A stretch of DNA of 64,000 bases from Laetmonice hystrix (taxonomy: Eukaryota): NCBI GenBank assembly GCA_965235115.1, contig OZ249442.1, positions 34,658,001 to 34,722,000 of the forward strand, read 5' to 3'. Of this stretch, positions 1 through 13,400 are shown piece by piece (within the stretch, counting starts at the first letter, position 1; the number at the start of each line of letters is the position of its first letter). The notes under the pieces are model-generated. The model was not told where the DNA came from. It did no database searches and saw only the letters and a list, made by a program, of their open reading frames with translations. A program made the translations under genes and the position numbers.

Positions 1-368
1 CACGTCATTAAAGATGCATATCGAAGTTGGAAGATGGCCGTATGATGGACCCTGTTGTGGCGATGACTTGTGCCACAACAGGAGTGTATACATTAAATGT
101 GGATGGAAATCTCGGTGTGTGGCGGGGGTGGGGGGGGGGGGGGGAGAGAGTAAGAGATGACAGTGGAGGACCGGTCCCTACACGCTGACTCGGCCCTTCA
201 GACATACATAAACATATACACATAAAACTCTGATGGAATGTGACATTAACTGCATTTCTGGCATGTCAAATTCATGAAGCAAATTAATGAAGAAATACTG
301 TATTGACATCTGAAAGTCATCACCGCTGATTTGAGTAAATTAGCTTTGACGCAGGCAGACGGGACAAA

Positions 369-508
369 TCACGTGACGTACCGTTCAGTCCGGGAGGGGG
401 CGCCTCGACCGAGACGACGGTTTGAGAGCGCTGAGCAGCATGGGCCGTGGTGATTGGTGATTGGTGATTGGAGCAGCATGGGCCGTGGTGATTGGTGATT
501 GGTGATTG
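369..508. promoter_or_regulatory. Promoter-like motif cluster: overlapping E-box/CRE half-site, CTCF-like motif, 38-bp duplication with six CCAAT boxes
   Basis: TCACGTGACGT at 369-379; TCCGGGAGGGGGCGCC at 389-404; GAGCAGCATGGGCCGTGGTGATTGGTGATTGGTGATTG x2 at 433-508. Confidence 0.35.
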
Positions 509-2411
509 GAGTGTGATGGGGGAGGTTGATATGAGGTTCTAATGATGGATAATATGAAGAGTCGTGTGTGCGCCTGAGGTGAGCCCTCGATATGTGAAGG
601 GGACCACGGTCTTTGCCACCGTAAGAGGTCATAAAGCGTAGAAAGGAAAGGGTTTTATAGATACGGGAAAAGACTTTATAGGTAGGTCCTCTAAAGAGCA
701 GATAAGGGGCAAAGAATTTAATATATGAGTGTTATAAGTATTACAGTAACAGAATGTTCCTCCGGGTAAGTCAGTGGGAACGCCCTTAATCCCCCCAACC
801 TCACAGGGGTAATTTTACATTTAAGTGAACCAGTGCCCCAGAGCTGGCAGGTGGTCGAGAATGTTTACCTGGTGGGGAGTCAGCCAAGTGAGAGGTCATA
901 GAGAGGTCAATGATGACGATTGTGGGGGGGGGGGGTCACCTGTACACGATGTCTGTCGATCACGACTGACAGCTGTTGACTACTGATGCTGCTGTTACAC
1001 CAACAGCTACTATAGATTTTGTTGTTGCTGCTACTGGCACTCCCATACAGATTTTGCTGCTGTGTACGGTATTCCTGTTGTTGTAGCTGCAGCGCTAGCG
1101 CTGAAATGAGACTGATCTGATAGGATTTGTACGCCAATATCTCTTAAAACTCCCAAGCCTTGAGAATGAACACTTACTGAACATTATAGATTGGTCTTGC
1201 TTATCTTTGCATCCTCTTTCGTAAGAGGCAGATGCGGAATATTTCGAGCCAGTAAAACATCTTCAAGAAATGATGCACTTGTCTCTTTAATTTGCACTTA
1301 AATGTGTGTGTACTCGATGAACTGCATGGGTGTTGGGGCTGAAAGGCTGTAGAATCTTCTACGCACTGTCAATCGTGAAAGAAAGAAGCGAGGGTGAAAA
1401 CCTGTGTTAGAATTGAAAGACTAAGTCGCAGAGACATTGATAAAACAAACTCTATTTCTCCTCTGAAAGGGTTTATGAGACAATGGCATTTAAATCATTC
1501 TGGTGTCTATTGAGCCTATTGTTGTCAGCGTCCTTCAGTCCCATCCTCACCTGCTCGATCCTGGGTCTAATCCCGGGTTGGCTGTCAGTTTGTTATTACC
1601 GCCTTTAGTCTATTATTGACGCTGACTGAGCGACTGCCTGACGGCCGCCGGGGTCAGGCAGTGTTGATAGGGTAACACTAGGGTATCATCTCGTCCCTGA
1701 CGGAATGAATCCCTTCTAACAAACCGTTTAACAAAACAAAAGATCATCATTATCATCGACACAGACATGATCAATAATTATCGGAGACATGATGAAAGAT
1801 ATACTGCACTTAAACTGGGTCACATTACACACACGTCATTAAGACACACGCGTGTACACAGACACGCACGTGTAAACCCAATACGAGCGTGTTTTATGTC
1901 GTGTCGAGTGTGTGCTCTGGTTGGGAGCGTTGTCAGGATATACCCCTCATGGTTTGTGATATACAAGACTGGGTTACCCAACTATTCCGTGAGGGCCTGC
2001 TACAGTCACCTGAGGGTAATCCGCCAGTGAGGGCAGCCAGTCAGGACTGTAACTGTTTCGTTGTGTTACTGTCAACCCATTGACAGGCCCATCAAAGCCG
2101 GCCCAGATGGATGACCCAGACAGACAATGGGCCAGCTTGGGCCAATCCGATCCGGGGCTACCGATCAGCCCAAACCTCGGAGTGACTGGCCCCCACGGAC
2201 AGCGTTCTCTTTCATTGCCTCCGTAAGCTTTCATACCCTATCCCATCCAACCACCAACCCCACCCCCCACCCCAATACCCCATCGTCTCCACCCCGTACA
2301 TAATGACATTATGATCTATAACTAAACAGATATATGCCTGCATGGCCAATCCCAGCTTGAGTCGGCACAAGGCGGTCGGCCCAGCGGAAAGATAATGGGC
2401 GACTGATAGAA

Positions 2412-2499
2412 CTACTACTACTTCCCCCTCCTGCTCCTCCTACTACTCCTGCTGCTGCTGCTACTCCTGCTGCTGCTGCTGCTACTACTCCTGTTGCTG
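2412..2499. repeat. Mixed CTA/CTG/CTC trinucleotide microsatellite running into an assembly gap
   Basis: Direct reading of the sequence. Confidence 0.9.
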
Positions 2500-2628
2500 N
2501 NNNNNNNNNNNNNNNNNNNNNNNNNNNNNNNNNNNNNNNNNNNNNNNNNNNNNNNNNNNNNNNNNNNNNNNNNNNNNNNNNNNNNNNNNNNNNNNNNNNN
2601 NNNNNNNNNNNNNNNNNNNNNNNNNNNN
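2500..2628. other. Assembly gap (129 N)
   Basis: Run of N. Confidence 1.
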
Positions 2629-3222
2629 ATAGCTTGTTGGGGACGGGCGCTCCGTTTTCTCGGCAGGTTATTATTCCAGGGTGACACATTTTTCCCAGGG
2701 TTGCCTCCATTCCAGGGGTGGGGTGGGGGTGGTTGAGGGTCCACACTCATAATGCCCTAGATAGATGTAAGTGATCCCATCACCCACAAGGACTTTCATC
2801 ATCCGGCCAAGTCTCTTTAATATGATTCGTGGAGATAGACCGTTACATGTTGATCACTGCCTCCCGCCTGGCCTGGCCTCCACTCGGCCTGGCTCAGCAC
2901 AACCTGCTGTCCGACCACTGAAGGCATGGCCGTACCAGTGTTTGAATATCAAGTTACGTTATTAAAGCATTTGATGACTGTGGACCTATGAAAGCAGTAT
3001 CGTGATTGTGAGGAAGTAATGGGTTTTTGCCATGCGTCCTGTTTGAAGATAAGCGGTATTAAACGTATAGGAGAGGTCGCTCATGGTTGTCAATGTTTTC
3101 AATGTCAGCATGAGTGATGTTGGATTTCGGGAGTTTCAGGTACAAAATTTCAGGCAACTAGAAGATGACAGAGCTACCATACAGAATGTTATTACGTGAT
3201 GGAGTATCGTTGCGGACAGCAA

Positions 3223-3640
3223 GCGGAATGATCGCCTATACTGTGCGGATTGTTAGCGGATTGATCGCCTAGTGTGCGGATTGTTAGCGGAATGATCGCC
3301 GAGTGTGCGGAATGTTACCGGAATGGTCGCCGAGTCTGCGGAATGTTACCGGAATGATCGCTGAGTGTGCGGAATGATCGCCGAGTGTGCGGATTGTGAG
3401 CGGAATGGTCGCTGAGTGTGCGGATTGTGAGTGAAATGGTCGCCGAGTGTGCGGATTGTCAGCGGAATGGTCGCCGAGTGTGCGGAATGTTACCGGAATG
3501 ATCGCCGAGTGTGCGGATTGTGAGCGGAATGGTCGCTGAGTGTGCGGATTGTGAGTGGAATGGTCGCCGAGTGTTCGGATTGTCAGCGGAATGGTCGCCG
3601 AGTGTGCGGAATGTTACCGAAATGATCGCCGAGTGTGCGG
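3223..3640. repeat. 31-bp minisatellite (GCGGAATGATCGCCGAGTGTGCGGATTGTTA-like), ~13 copies
   Basis: TGTGCGG recurs at 3242, 3273 and 3304; one truncated unit near 3361. Confidence 0.95.
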
Positions 3641-4743
3641 CCCCAGGGTTTGGCCCCTACGTTATCAGGATGTTACGGCAGGAAATGCCAGGTTATTTGC
3701 CAGTAACACAATGATCTCCGGAGGTAGTTATACAAACCAAGCGTCACTCTGCTCCTCACCAGGCTGTAGCCGGCGGGCAGGCGAGGACACTGTGACTGGG
3801 GGGAAGGGACGGGTTGGGGGCGGGGTGAGATAAGGAGGTGAAGCTAAGTGAGCAGATAGCTCAGCGTAAGGATCAATATCCTATCATTACACAGCAACGG
3901 TCTGTACCTGAACCGTACCGTTCTGCCAGCAGCACGGCCCCACTCCGGTATACCGCTTCTATAGCGACTCCTACCGGTCGAGATCCTAACTACGGGACCG
4001 TAGTCTTGGCCTGGGATGGAGGGGGAGGAGGAGAAGGGGGAGGAAGACGAAGGAGGAGCCCTCCTCAGGTGTTTAAAGTGTTGGCGTTTGAAGAACGTGA
4101 GCAGGATGCAAATCCTGGAGTAACCCATTGAGTCACTCACTCAGCCACTGCACTCACTCAATCGGCACTCACAGCGCAAGCAATGCTAGCTCCGTCAAGC
4201 AGTGCCCTCTGGTGAGCAAGATCAATGCCGATCAGCAGGCCTGCCAACCTGCGGTGTATCAGGAAACGCTTGCTCTGACCTATTTCCTCCAGACCAGCAT
4301 GAGGCAGTTTTCATAGATCAAAGCTCTGGCGGTAAATGATTCGCAGGTCAATGGGATGTTCCGATCTTTCTGAGTCTGCTTTCATCGATCTATCTGGAGG
4401 AGACTAAACCACAGGCCGTTCTGTGCGGGGGGGGGGGGGGGCTTTCTGTCGGGGGGGGGGGGGGGGTCTGCTAATAAATGCCCTGTACGGATAATGAACC
4501 TACTTTAGGCCATGACATACTGATTGCTGATGCCGACAATAACCATTGCAATATGACCTTGAGTCGAACCGAACCGAACCGAACCGTGCCGGGTCGGGAT
4601 GGTCCGAGTCAGGCGTACATTGGCCTGTTACAGAAGGTACGATGATTTGATGATTTGACAGACAGGCCAACAGACAGAGACAGATAGATACCATAGTGTG
4701 ACTGAGTCCCTCCCGCTACATCGGGGATCCTAAACCCGGTCTC

Positions 4744-7479
4744 CCGCCCTCAGCCCCCAGCCTACCCTCGGGCCCTACTCCACACCCCGCCCCCTGACTC
4801 CCAGCCTACCCTCGGGCCCTACTCCACACCCCGCCCCCTGACTCCCAGCCTACCCTCGGGCCCTACTCCACACCCCGCCCCCTGACTCCCAGCCTACCCT
4901 CGGGCCCTACTCCACACCCCGCCCCCTGACTCCCAGCCTACCCTCGGGCCCTACTCCACACCCCGCCCCCTGACTCCCAGCCTACCCTCGGGCCCTACTC
5001 CACACCCCGCCCCCTGACTCCCAGCCTACCCTCGGGCCCTACTCCACACCCCGCCCCCTGACTCCCAGCCTACCCTCGGGCCCTACTCCACACCCCGCCC
5101 CCTGACTCCCAGCCTACCCTCGGGCCCTACTCCACACCCCGCCCCCTGACTCCCAGCCTACCCTCGGGCCCTACTCCACACCCCGCCCCCTGACTCCCAG
5201 CCTACCCTCGGGCCCTACTCCACACCCCGCCCCCTGACTCCCAGCCTACCCTCGGGCCCTACTCCACACCCCGCCCCCTGACTCCCAGCCTACCCTCGGG
5301 CCCTACTCCACACCCCGCCCCCTGACTCCCAGCCTACCCTCGGGCCCTACTCCACACCCCGCCCCCTGACTCCCAGCCTACCCTCGGGCCCTACTCCACA
5401 CCCCGCCCCCTGACTCCCAGCCTACCCTCGGGCCCTACTCCACACCCCGCCCCCAGCCCCCAGCGTACCCTCGGGCCTGTCTTCCACACCCCGCCCCCTG
5501 ACTCCCAGCGTACCCTCGGGCCTGTCTTCCACACCCCGCCCCCTGACTCCCAGCGTACCCTCAGGCCTGTCCCCACACCCCGCCCCCTGACTCCCAGCGT
5601 ACCCTCGGGCCTGTCCCCACACCCCGGCCCCTGACTCCCAGCGTACCCTCGGGCCTGTCCCCACACCCCGGCCCCTGACTCCCAGCGTACCCCCGGGCCT
5701 GTCCCCACACCCCGGCCCCTGACTCCCAGCGTACCCTCGGGCCTGTCCCCACACCCCGGCCCCTGACTCCCAGCGTACCCTCGGGCCTGTCCCCACACCC
5801 CGGCCCCTGACTCCCAGCGTACCCTCGGGCCTGTCCCCACACCCCGGCCCCTGACTCCCAGCGTACCCTCGGGCCTGTCCCCACACCCCGGCCCCTGACT
5901 CCCAGCGTACCCTCGGGCCTGTCTTCCACACCCCGCCCCCTGACTCCCAGCGTACCCTCGGGCCTGTCCCCACACCCTGGCCCCTGACTCCCAGCGTACC
6001 CTCGGGCCTGTCCCCACACCCCGGCCCCTGACTCCCAGCGTACCCTCGGGCCTGTCCCCACACCCCGCCCCCTGACTCCCAGCCTACCCTCGGGCCTGTC
6101 CCCACACCCTGGCCCCTGACTCCCAGCGTACCCTCGGGCCTGTCCCCACACCCCGGCCCCTGACTCCCAGCGTACCCTCGGGCCTGTCCCCACACCCCGG
6201 CCCCTGACTCCCAGCGTACCCTCGGGCCTGTCCCCACACCCTGGCCCCTGACTCCCAGCGTACCCTCGGGCCTGTCCCCACACCCTGGCCCCTGACTCCC
6301 AGCGTACCCTCGGGCCTGTCCCCACACCCCGGCCCCTGACTCCCAGCGTACCCTCGGGCCTGTCCCCACACCCCGGCCCCTGACTCCCAGCGTACCCTCG
6401 GGCCTGTCCCCACACCCCGGCCCCTGACTCCCAGCGTACCCTCGGGCCTGTCCCCACACCCCGGCCCCTGACTCCCAGCGTACCCTCGGGCCTGTCCCCA
6501 CACCCTGGCCCCTGACTCCCAGCGTACCCTCGGGCCCTACTCCACACCCCGCCCCCTGACTCCCAGCCTACCCTCGGGCCTGTCCCCACACCCCGGCCCC
6601 TGACTCCCAGCGTACCCCCGGGCCTGTCCCCACACCCCGGCCCCTGACTCCCAGCGTACCCCCGGGCCTGTCCCCACACCCCGGCCCCTGACTCCCAGCG
6701 TACCCTCGGGCCCTACTCCACACCCCGCCCCCTGACTCCCAGCCTACCCTCGGGCCTGTCCCCACACCCCGGCCCCTGACTCCCAGCGTACCCTCGGGCC
6801 CTACTCCACACCCCGCCCCCTGACTCCCAGCCTACCCCCGGGCCTGTCCCCACACCCCGGCCCCTGACTCCCAGCCTACCCTCGGGCCTGTCCCCACACC
6901 CCGCCCCCTGACTCCCAGCCTACCCTCGGGCCTGTCCCCACACCCCGCCCCCTGACTCCCAGCGTACCCTCGGGCCTGTCCCCACACCCCGCCCCCAGCC
7001 CCCAGCGTACCCTCGGGCCCTACTCCACACCCCGCCCCCTGACTCCCAGCCTACCCTCGGGCCTGTCTTCCACACCCCGCCCCCTGACTCCCAGCGTACC
7101 CTCAGGCCTGTCCCCACACCCCGGGCCCCTGACTCCCAGCCTACCCTCGGGCCTGTCCCCACACCCCGCCCCCTGACTCCCAGCGTACCCTCAGGCCTGT
7201 CCCCACACCCCGGCCCCTGACTCCCAGCGTACCCTCGGGCCTGTCCCCACACCCCGCCCCCTGACTCCCAGCGTACCCTCAGGCCTGTCCCCACACCCCG
7301 GCCCCTGACTCCCAGCGTACCCTCGGGCCTGTCCCCACACCCCGGCCCCTGACTCCCAGCGTACCCTCGGGCCTGTCCCCACACCCCGCCCCCTGACTCC
7401 CAGCGTACCCTCGGGCCTGTCCTCCACACCCCGCCCCCTGACTCCCAGCGTACCCTCAGGCCTGTCCCCACACCCCGCC
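4744..7479. repeat. 44-bp C-rich minisatellite, ~62 copies, two main variant types
   Basis: Variant A AGCCTACCCTCGGGCCCTACTCCACACCCCGCCCCCTGACTCCC; variant B AGCGTACCCTCGGGCCTGTCCCCACACCCCGGCCCCTGACTCCC. Confidence 0.98.
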
Positions 7480-10400
7480 TAGAGGAGCTCACCGCTAACA
7501 TCAAAGGGATCACAACGTTCTCTTCTTACAATAATCTGATACGTTGTTTTTACCTTTACTAATCAGCACATAATGACACATTGACCCCTTCGGATTAATT
7601 GATTTTGATCCTGAATTCTCTCCCCCCATTCCCTTCCCCTACACACATAAGTAGGTTTGGGATATTTTGTTAATGAGCGCCATAACCCTAATGAAATAAC
7701 AGTGGTAAGTGTCAACTGATTAAGTCAAGGAAGACTTGTCCACTGTGACAATGTAAAACCAGTTAAAAGCCCGCGGTGGCACCCTATTAGGGTAACAGTT
7801 CACTGCGTACAAACCCCCAAATGAGATACTACTTACTGGCGAGGACGGACGGCCAGCGAGTCGGCGGGCGGCAGGGGGACCCGCGGGGCTGGGGTCTGGT
7901 CGACCGATCGTGGTGGGAACATGGTACATGTTATTACCATGGTCAAGATAACCGAAGGTCATCAGTGTAAGGTCCGCCCAGCTCACTGACAGGTGTCCCA
8001 GAGTGCACGACACGGCAGCAGCAGGCGTTAGGTACACAGAATGCTATTGTAACCCGTGTATGGTTGGATTTACTGCGACATGATGGATTATAAATACACC
8101 CGCCAGGTCGGCAGCCTCAGGGGGTGATAGGCGCGCACCTAGCGGGGTAAAGTGTCACTACGAGGGTGGCTGGAGGGGCCACGGCTCCTATGGAAACGAC
8201 CTGTTGGGTGGGTTTGTGGGTGGGTGGGCGTCCATGGGGGTGAGATTTGGTGACATGGGGTGGGGTAACATGGGCTGGGGTGGGGATGAATGAGGTACGA
8301 TTTGGTGGGGGGTATGTATCTTGGAGGTTTTAACGTATTAATTCAGAACCTCCTGGCATTATAGTCTGGGTCCTGCTCTGTTTATCATGAGTGTCATTCC
8401 TGGTGGTCTCCTAGTGTCTGTCTCATGAAACCTAGTGTCTGTCTTATGAAACGTGCACCCTCAGATTATTTCCAAGTTTGACTCCTTTAATTCATGGGGT
8501 TTCTTGACTCGCAGAGCCCATATCCCGACTCTATCAGTATCCTGGGTTATAACCTCAATTCCAACCCGTAATGTAGTCTTTGACAAAGTGCTTTGCAATG
8601 TAAAGCTGTTGGCTTTCAAAGAGAGATTAGGCTATCTTGATGAGATATCCTGGAAGTAGGTCAGCGGGACGCTGTCATGTTCGGTGGGCACGAGGCCGGG
8701 TTGATTCGATATTAGCTAGCATGTGTTTTTCTGGCGTCGTTTCAATCCCACATCAGTCGGACGCAGTGTGCGCCAGAGGCGTCCCCGCCATTGTGAAGTT
8801 CTTTTAAAGTCTAATTCCTCTTAGCAACGGTGGAAAAAAAGATTAAATGTTTGGATTTAGAATATAAACACGGGAGGAAAAAATTAAAGCAATGGATGCA
8901 ATCAGAGTGTGCTTTTAACTCGAGCCTCTATTTCCATGGCAACGAGGGAATATAATAGGCATGGAGGCCTATTTTGCCCCCTACCCCTAACCTGAACCCC
9001 ACTGGGGTGCCCTTCTAATTAGGGGCTTTCAATGGCAGGGTGATAATTGGGATCTTTGTGTGGAGTATAATTGGTCGAATTTGAATGGGGGTTGATGTGG
9101 AGGGGCTGTCTGTCCGTCTGTCTGTCTGTCAAATTCTGTCTGAGGGGGTGACTTGCTGTGTCTGTCTGTCCGTCCGTCCGACCGGCCGGGTTGCGGATCG
9201 ACCACGCGTGGAAGTTTTTAATTGTGACGACGTATCGAATGTTGTGCAGGTGTCAGATGACAGATCCACACAATAGAGGGCGCTGTAAGCAGGTGCAGGC
9301 AGGCGGTACTGTGTGCCGAGCGCGGGGAATGGAGCAGATCCAACCTTTCAACGTCCCAGCAACGTTAGTTTGGAACGCCGGCCCGAAATGAGGAACGCAG
9401 CCTTACCTAACCGCCAACTCATTATCTCGCTGTCTGGTCAGGCGTCAAATTCTATCAGTTGTATAATGAATTGTTAGATGGTCGTTTGGTGTTGATTAAT
9501 TAGACCCAGTCTGTCTCTATTTTGAGTTAGCATTGTTTGATGTAGACATTAGCAGTAACTGTGAGACATCGGCATCTCTGAGGGCTGTGATGTCACTGAG
9601 CCAAGTTGCTACTACTATCGTCAGTGGCAAGCAGGTTTCTGTCGAGTACTTTAATCATTAAAAGGCCTCGATTCTGAAAGCCGATTAAGTGTTAAAGGGG
9701 CTGACGATTTTACCCGTCGGGTCGTTGACGAATCTCGTTGATGCCAGCGATGGAGAAAGGCAGGAGGCATGAAAATCAACACGGATCAAAGGGCAGACGA
9801 CTAGAAGGGGTTTCTTACCGCTCGCGGGCCCTGCGATCTGCCATCAAACACGCCAGACGACAACGTTCATGTCGGCTGCTGCCGCTGGGTGGCGCTCCGG
9901 AGGGCGGCTCCATTACTGAAACACAACTCGAGGCAGTCGGCCGAGTACCGTGTTTTAATGTCGTAATTGTCTTAATTGCTTTGAATTGACAACCTTGTTC
10001 GGTTAATGTAACACATAATGTTCAGGGGGAAATATCGTTTCGAGTATTCTAATAGCTTTTGAAAGCGTGACTGTTGAAATGTGCACTGAAAAGCCTGAAT
10101 CTCAAAATAGTGAGTTTGCTGGCGAGGAGAAGGGGGGGGATGCTAAGTGCAATGTGTTCTATGACACTTTGTTTTATTGTCATTTTAATTGTTGTTTTCA
10201 CTGTCTGTAGCTGACAGCCTTGGGGTTTATAGCATAGTGGCTTGTCATTATTTGTGTTATTTCACATAATACCTGAATTTATGAACAGACTGAGGATTAA
10301 ACAGTGGCTATCAGTGAATCTGTGACATTTATATATAAACTGGTGTAAGGTACACTAAGCCCCCCCCCCCACCCCCTTCCTCCAGTAGACGTTACAGTAT

Positions 10401-13400
10401 GACAGCCAGTTGCGTCCTCCTGCCCGAGGATGCTGTGCTTATCCTCCAACAATCGGTATTGTCAGCTAAATGCATTGTCGTTAATGGCTTGAAAACATGC
10501 TATGCATAAAACATTATTGGGCCATATCAATCACTAGCTCTGCCGGGCAGATCGTTAAATATGTGCATTTTAATTTGAACATCATGCCCTTTTTGTCGGG
10601 CATTGCATCCAGTTATCATAAGCACAGAGCCAGGCCACGCCGACAGTAACGTTAAACCAGAAGGCTTAGCTGACAAAAATCATTTCGTCGAGTACCAGCT
10701 TTAATGAGTTTTATGAATTATTGTTGATTAGATCCAGGCTGATAAAAAAGAACAATCTTAAGAGAATCGATATGTAAGAATAGATAGAGTGTATATATAT
10801 CACACGTTGTGAGGAGAGGAGGCCGAGGGATGCGGGGCTATCCAGTGTAGTTAGGGCCGAGCCCAGTCTATCAATACAGGTCTTGTTCAGTTGGAATTCA
10901 TCAAAGCGGCAGTCAGCGTTATTTGTTCGCTGGGGCCTTTAAGTACAGTGGTGGTTTTTCAGTAAGGCAGCCTTGTTGAGTCTCATTGGGTGCTTGTAAT
11001 TTGCATGCCTATTAGAATTAAGATCAATGATTCAACAACCAACACTGATAATCACCCAAAGTTTTCTGATCAAAGTTACAACAGCCTGTCCGAATGAAAG
11101 CTGACATCAACTCTAAATTTCAGCTATTAGATCAAATTGATGATGGAATAACCTATTAAATATTTTTCGTATCACATGAAAGGAATGTAATAATAGGGTG
11201 CTTGAGAAAAAACATAACTACCCGCAGCCGTGAGCGCTTCAATAGTGGCCGGAAAGACTGGGGCCGGGAGGGGGGGTGACAACCAGTAAATGTCAGTTTA
11301 TTGTTTACCAGGTTCAGCAATAGTTTGGCTGAATACTGCTGTAATATTGCTGTACGCCACATGGTACATTTACCTGTAGGACTGTGGAAACTTAAAAAAA
11401 GGCTTATTCGATTCCATAAGTAAAAAAACATATTATATAGGCTACTTAGTGGGTGAAGATGTCGGTTCAAGGGCTTTACATTCAATTCTTCTTCGTACTC
11501 ACTGTCTAAAGAATAATTAATTACAGAAAGAACATGATTTCTTTTAACGGCATATGTTCTAAGTTCCAAGGAATCCTGGTCGAATTGTTTGTCAATGTCT
11601 ATCTGCAACCTATTTTTCTCGAAACAGTTCATTCTGAATAAAGTTTCCCTTGATGTGTCACACCAGCATTTGTCCTGTGTCCCCAAACCATGTTTGCTAT
11701 TGATGTATTGCTAATCCAAACATTTATACAGGAGTCCAGGGGTGTAGTGGTTGTTTTTGTACCAATATCACAAAGGCTCTTCCGTTCTGACGGCGGGACT
11801 GAAGGACTTCCGGTATGTTTTACGTGCACAGTTTGACACGTTCAGATCAGAGCCTCGGGCGACCTCTGGCGGTATGTGGCAAAACTAAACCGCCTCACCC
11901 ACAGCCACCGTCACAGAATGGCGAGTGTCATCGGACTCCAAAATAAATAGTGATAACTACAAGAAATAGTCCCCCACCCCGACCATAGCGAACCCCCAAA
12001 CTTTCACTGGTGAACTACCCTGGATTTCTCTGGACGTGAAGAATTTCGCCATGATAATATCAGGAAGAGATCCCGTGTCTGGCATCATTTTATCAAATAG
12101 GTGGAGGATAGGACAGAATCTGCCCAATGTTTCTGTTGTCTGACTTGACACGTGAGTTTGAATGTGTATACCTCCTGCCGTCCTGGAGGTTTAATTAGGA
12201 AATGATGACAGCCGATGTTAACGGTGGTACGATGGTCAATGAGGCAGGAGCCAGGGCGAAGCTAAAGCCTGGAGAAAAAAAAACCGGAAGTCAGTTTGGG
12301 ATGTTGACAGGGGAAGAAAATGGCTAATTAATTGGGTTGATTAATTAATAGCAAATTATAGCAGTACTTGTAAAAGGTAGGGTTATTATAAAGCCGATCC
12401 GATATAGAGGCAGTATTTGGCAAGGTTTGTATGGAGTGGGGGGCGGGAGTATAGTTGTAGTTGGAGGAGGGACGGGGCGGCGGTCCTCTGCTGTCTTTGC
12501 TAAGGGAAGGCCAGATGCGGCAGAAGTAGGTCATATTGACATACATCATAAGCGTACAGTCCAATTTCTGCGCGGTAACGAGCAGCGACGAGAGAGGACA
12601 GTGACAATGATGCCTCCATCATGAGATTGGGATGGGAAGCACTCAGTGACAGCAGTGATAATTTGTCAGCTAGCCGTCGACAAGACAGCTGTTCTGGTGT
12701 TAGTTTTATCTCCCAACCCGTCAGACCTCAATATTGGTTCCTCAAACACCCCACCCTATACCCACCAGCCAGGCTATTCACCTTTTCCCTTGTTTTAAAA
12801 GTTTATCGGAAATATTTTCGATGCCCTTTTTTTGACGGTAAGCGCGTGTTTTGTCAGTCAACAGGCTCGGAGCCACTCTGACCCTGGTGTTGCCAGTATA
12901 GTTGCATAATTCAACCGGGCTACAAAGGATGGCAGCGTAATAAATCATGGCGACAATAATATCAGCGGACGGAGTGCTTGCTGAGCTCGTTGATATAGTA
13001 TCTCCTTGGCAACTGTCACTACATCCGTCATAGAGGGCCATGCTACCATTACTGTTCTTACCTAGCTGCCAGTAACAGCACTGGTGCTGTTGGGGCCGCG
13101 AATGGAGAGAGGGAGAGAGAGAGCGAGAGAGATGGAGAGAGAGAGAGAGAGGGGTGGGGAGGAAGGGGCGATTCTCCATTTGCTGTGACAGTCTCCACAT
13201 CCCAGTCTGCCTGCTAGAGATGCAGCCGACCCATTATGATGTATGATATGCGGGCGGGACAGTAAACGATTTCAATGTTAATGCGTGCTGTCCGCAATGA
13301 CAAACGCCCGGTTTTGACAGTAATTCCATCGGTTGGCAGACGGATGATACCAGTTTAAGTAACCCGACACTACACAATTTGGACGTTGTGTAAGTTGAAT

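Noticed and set aside
1090-1480. Protein-like minus-strand frame (FHPRFFLSRLTVRRRFYSLSAPTP...LEDVLLARNIPHLPLTKEDAK)
   Set aside because: Interrupted by stops and no family recognised; blastx needed.
2309-2750. ORFs spanning the N run
   Set aside because: Artefact of the assembly gap and triplet repeat.
4508-4709. Harbinger-like mini-element around a (GAACC)n tract
   Set aside because: Terminal inverted match is poor and there is no TWA duplication on the right.
5391-7513. Long minus-strand ORFs (up to 372 aa) of repeating GTGPRVRWES peptides
   Set aside because: The 44-bp unit has no stop on that strand and is not a multiple of 3, so all frames stay open; no splice or start context.
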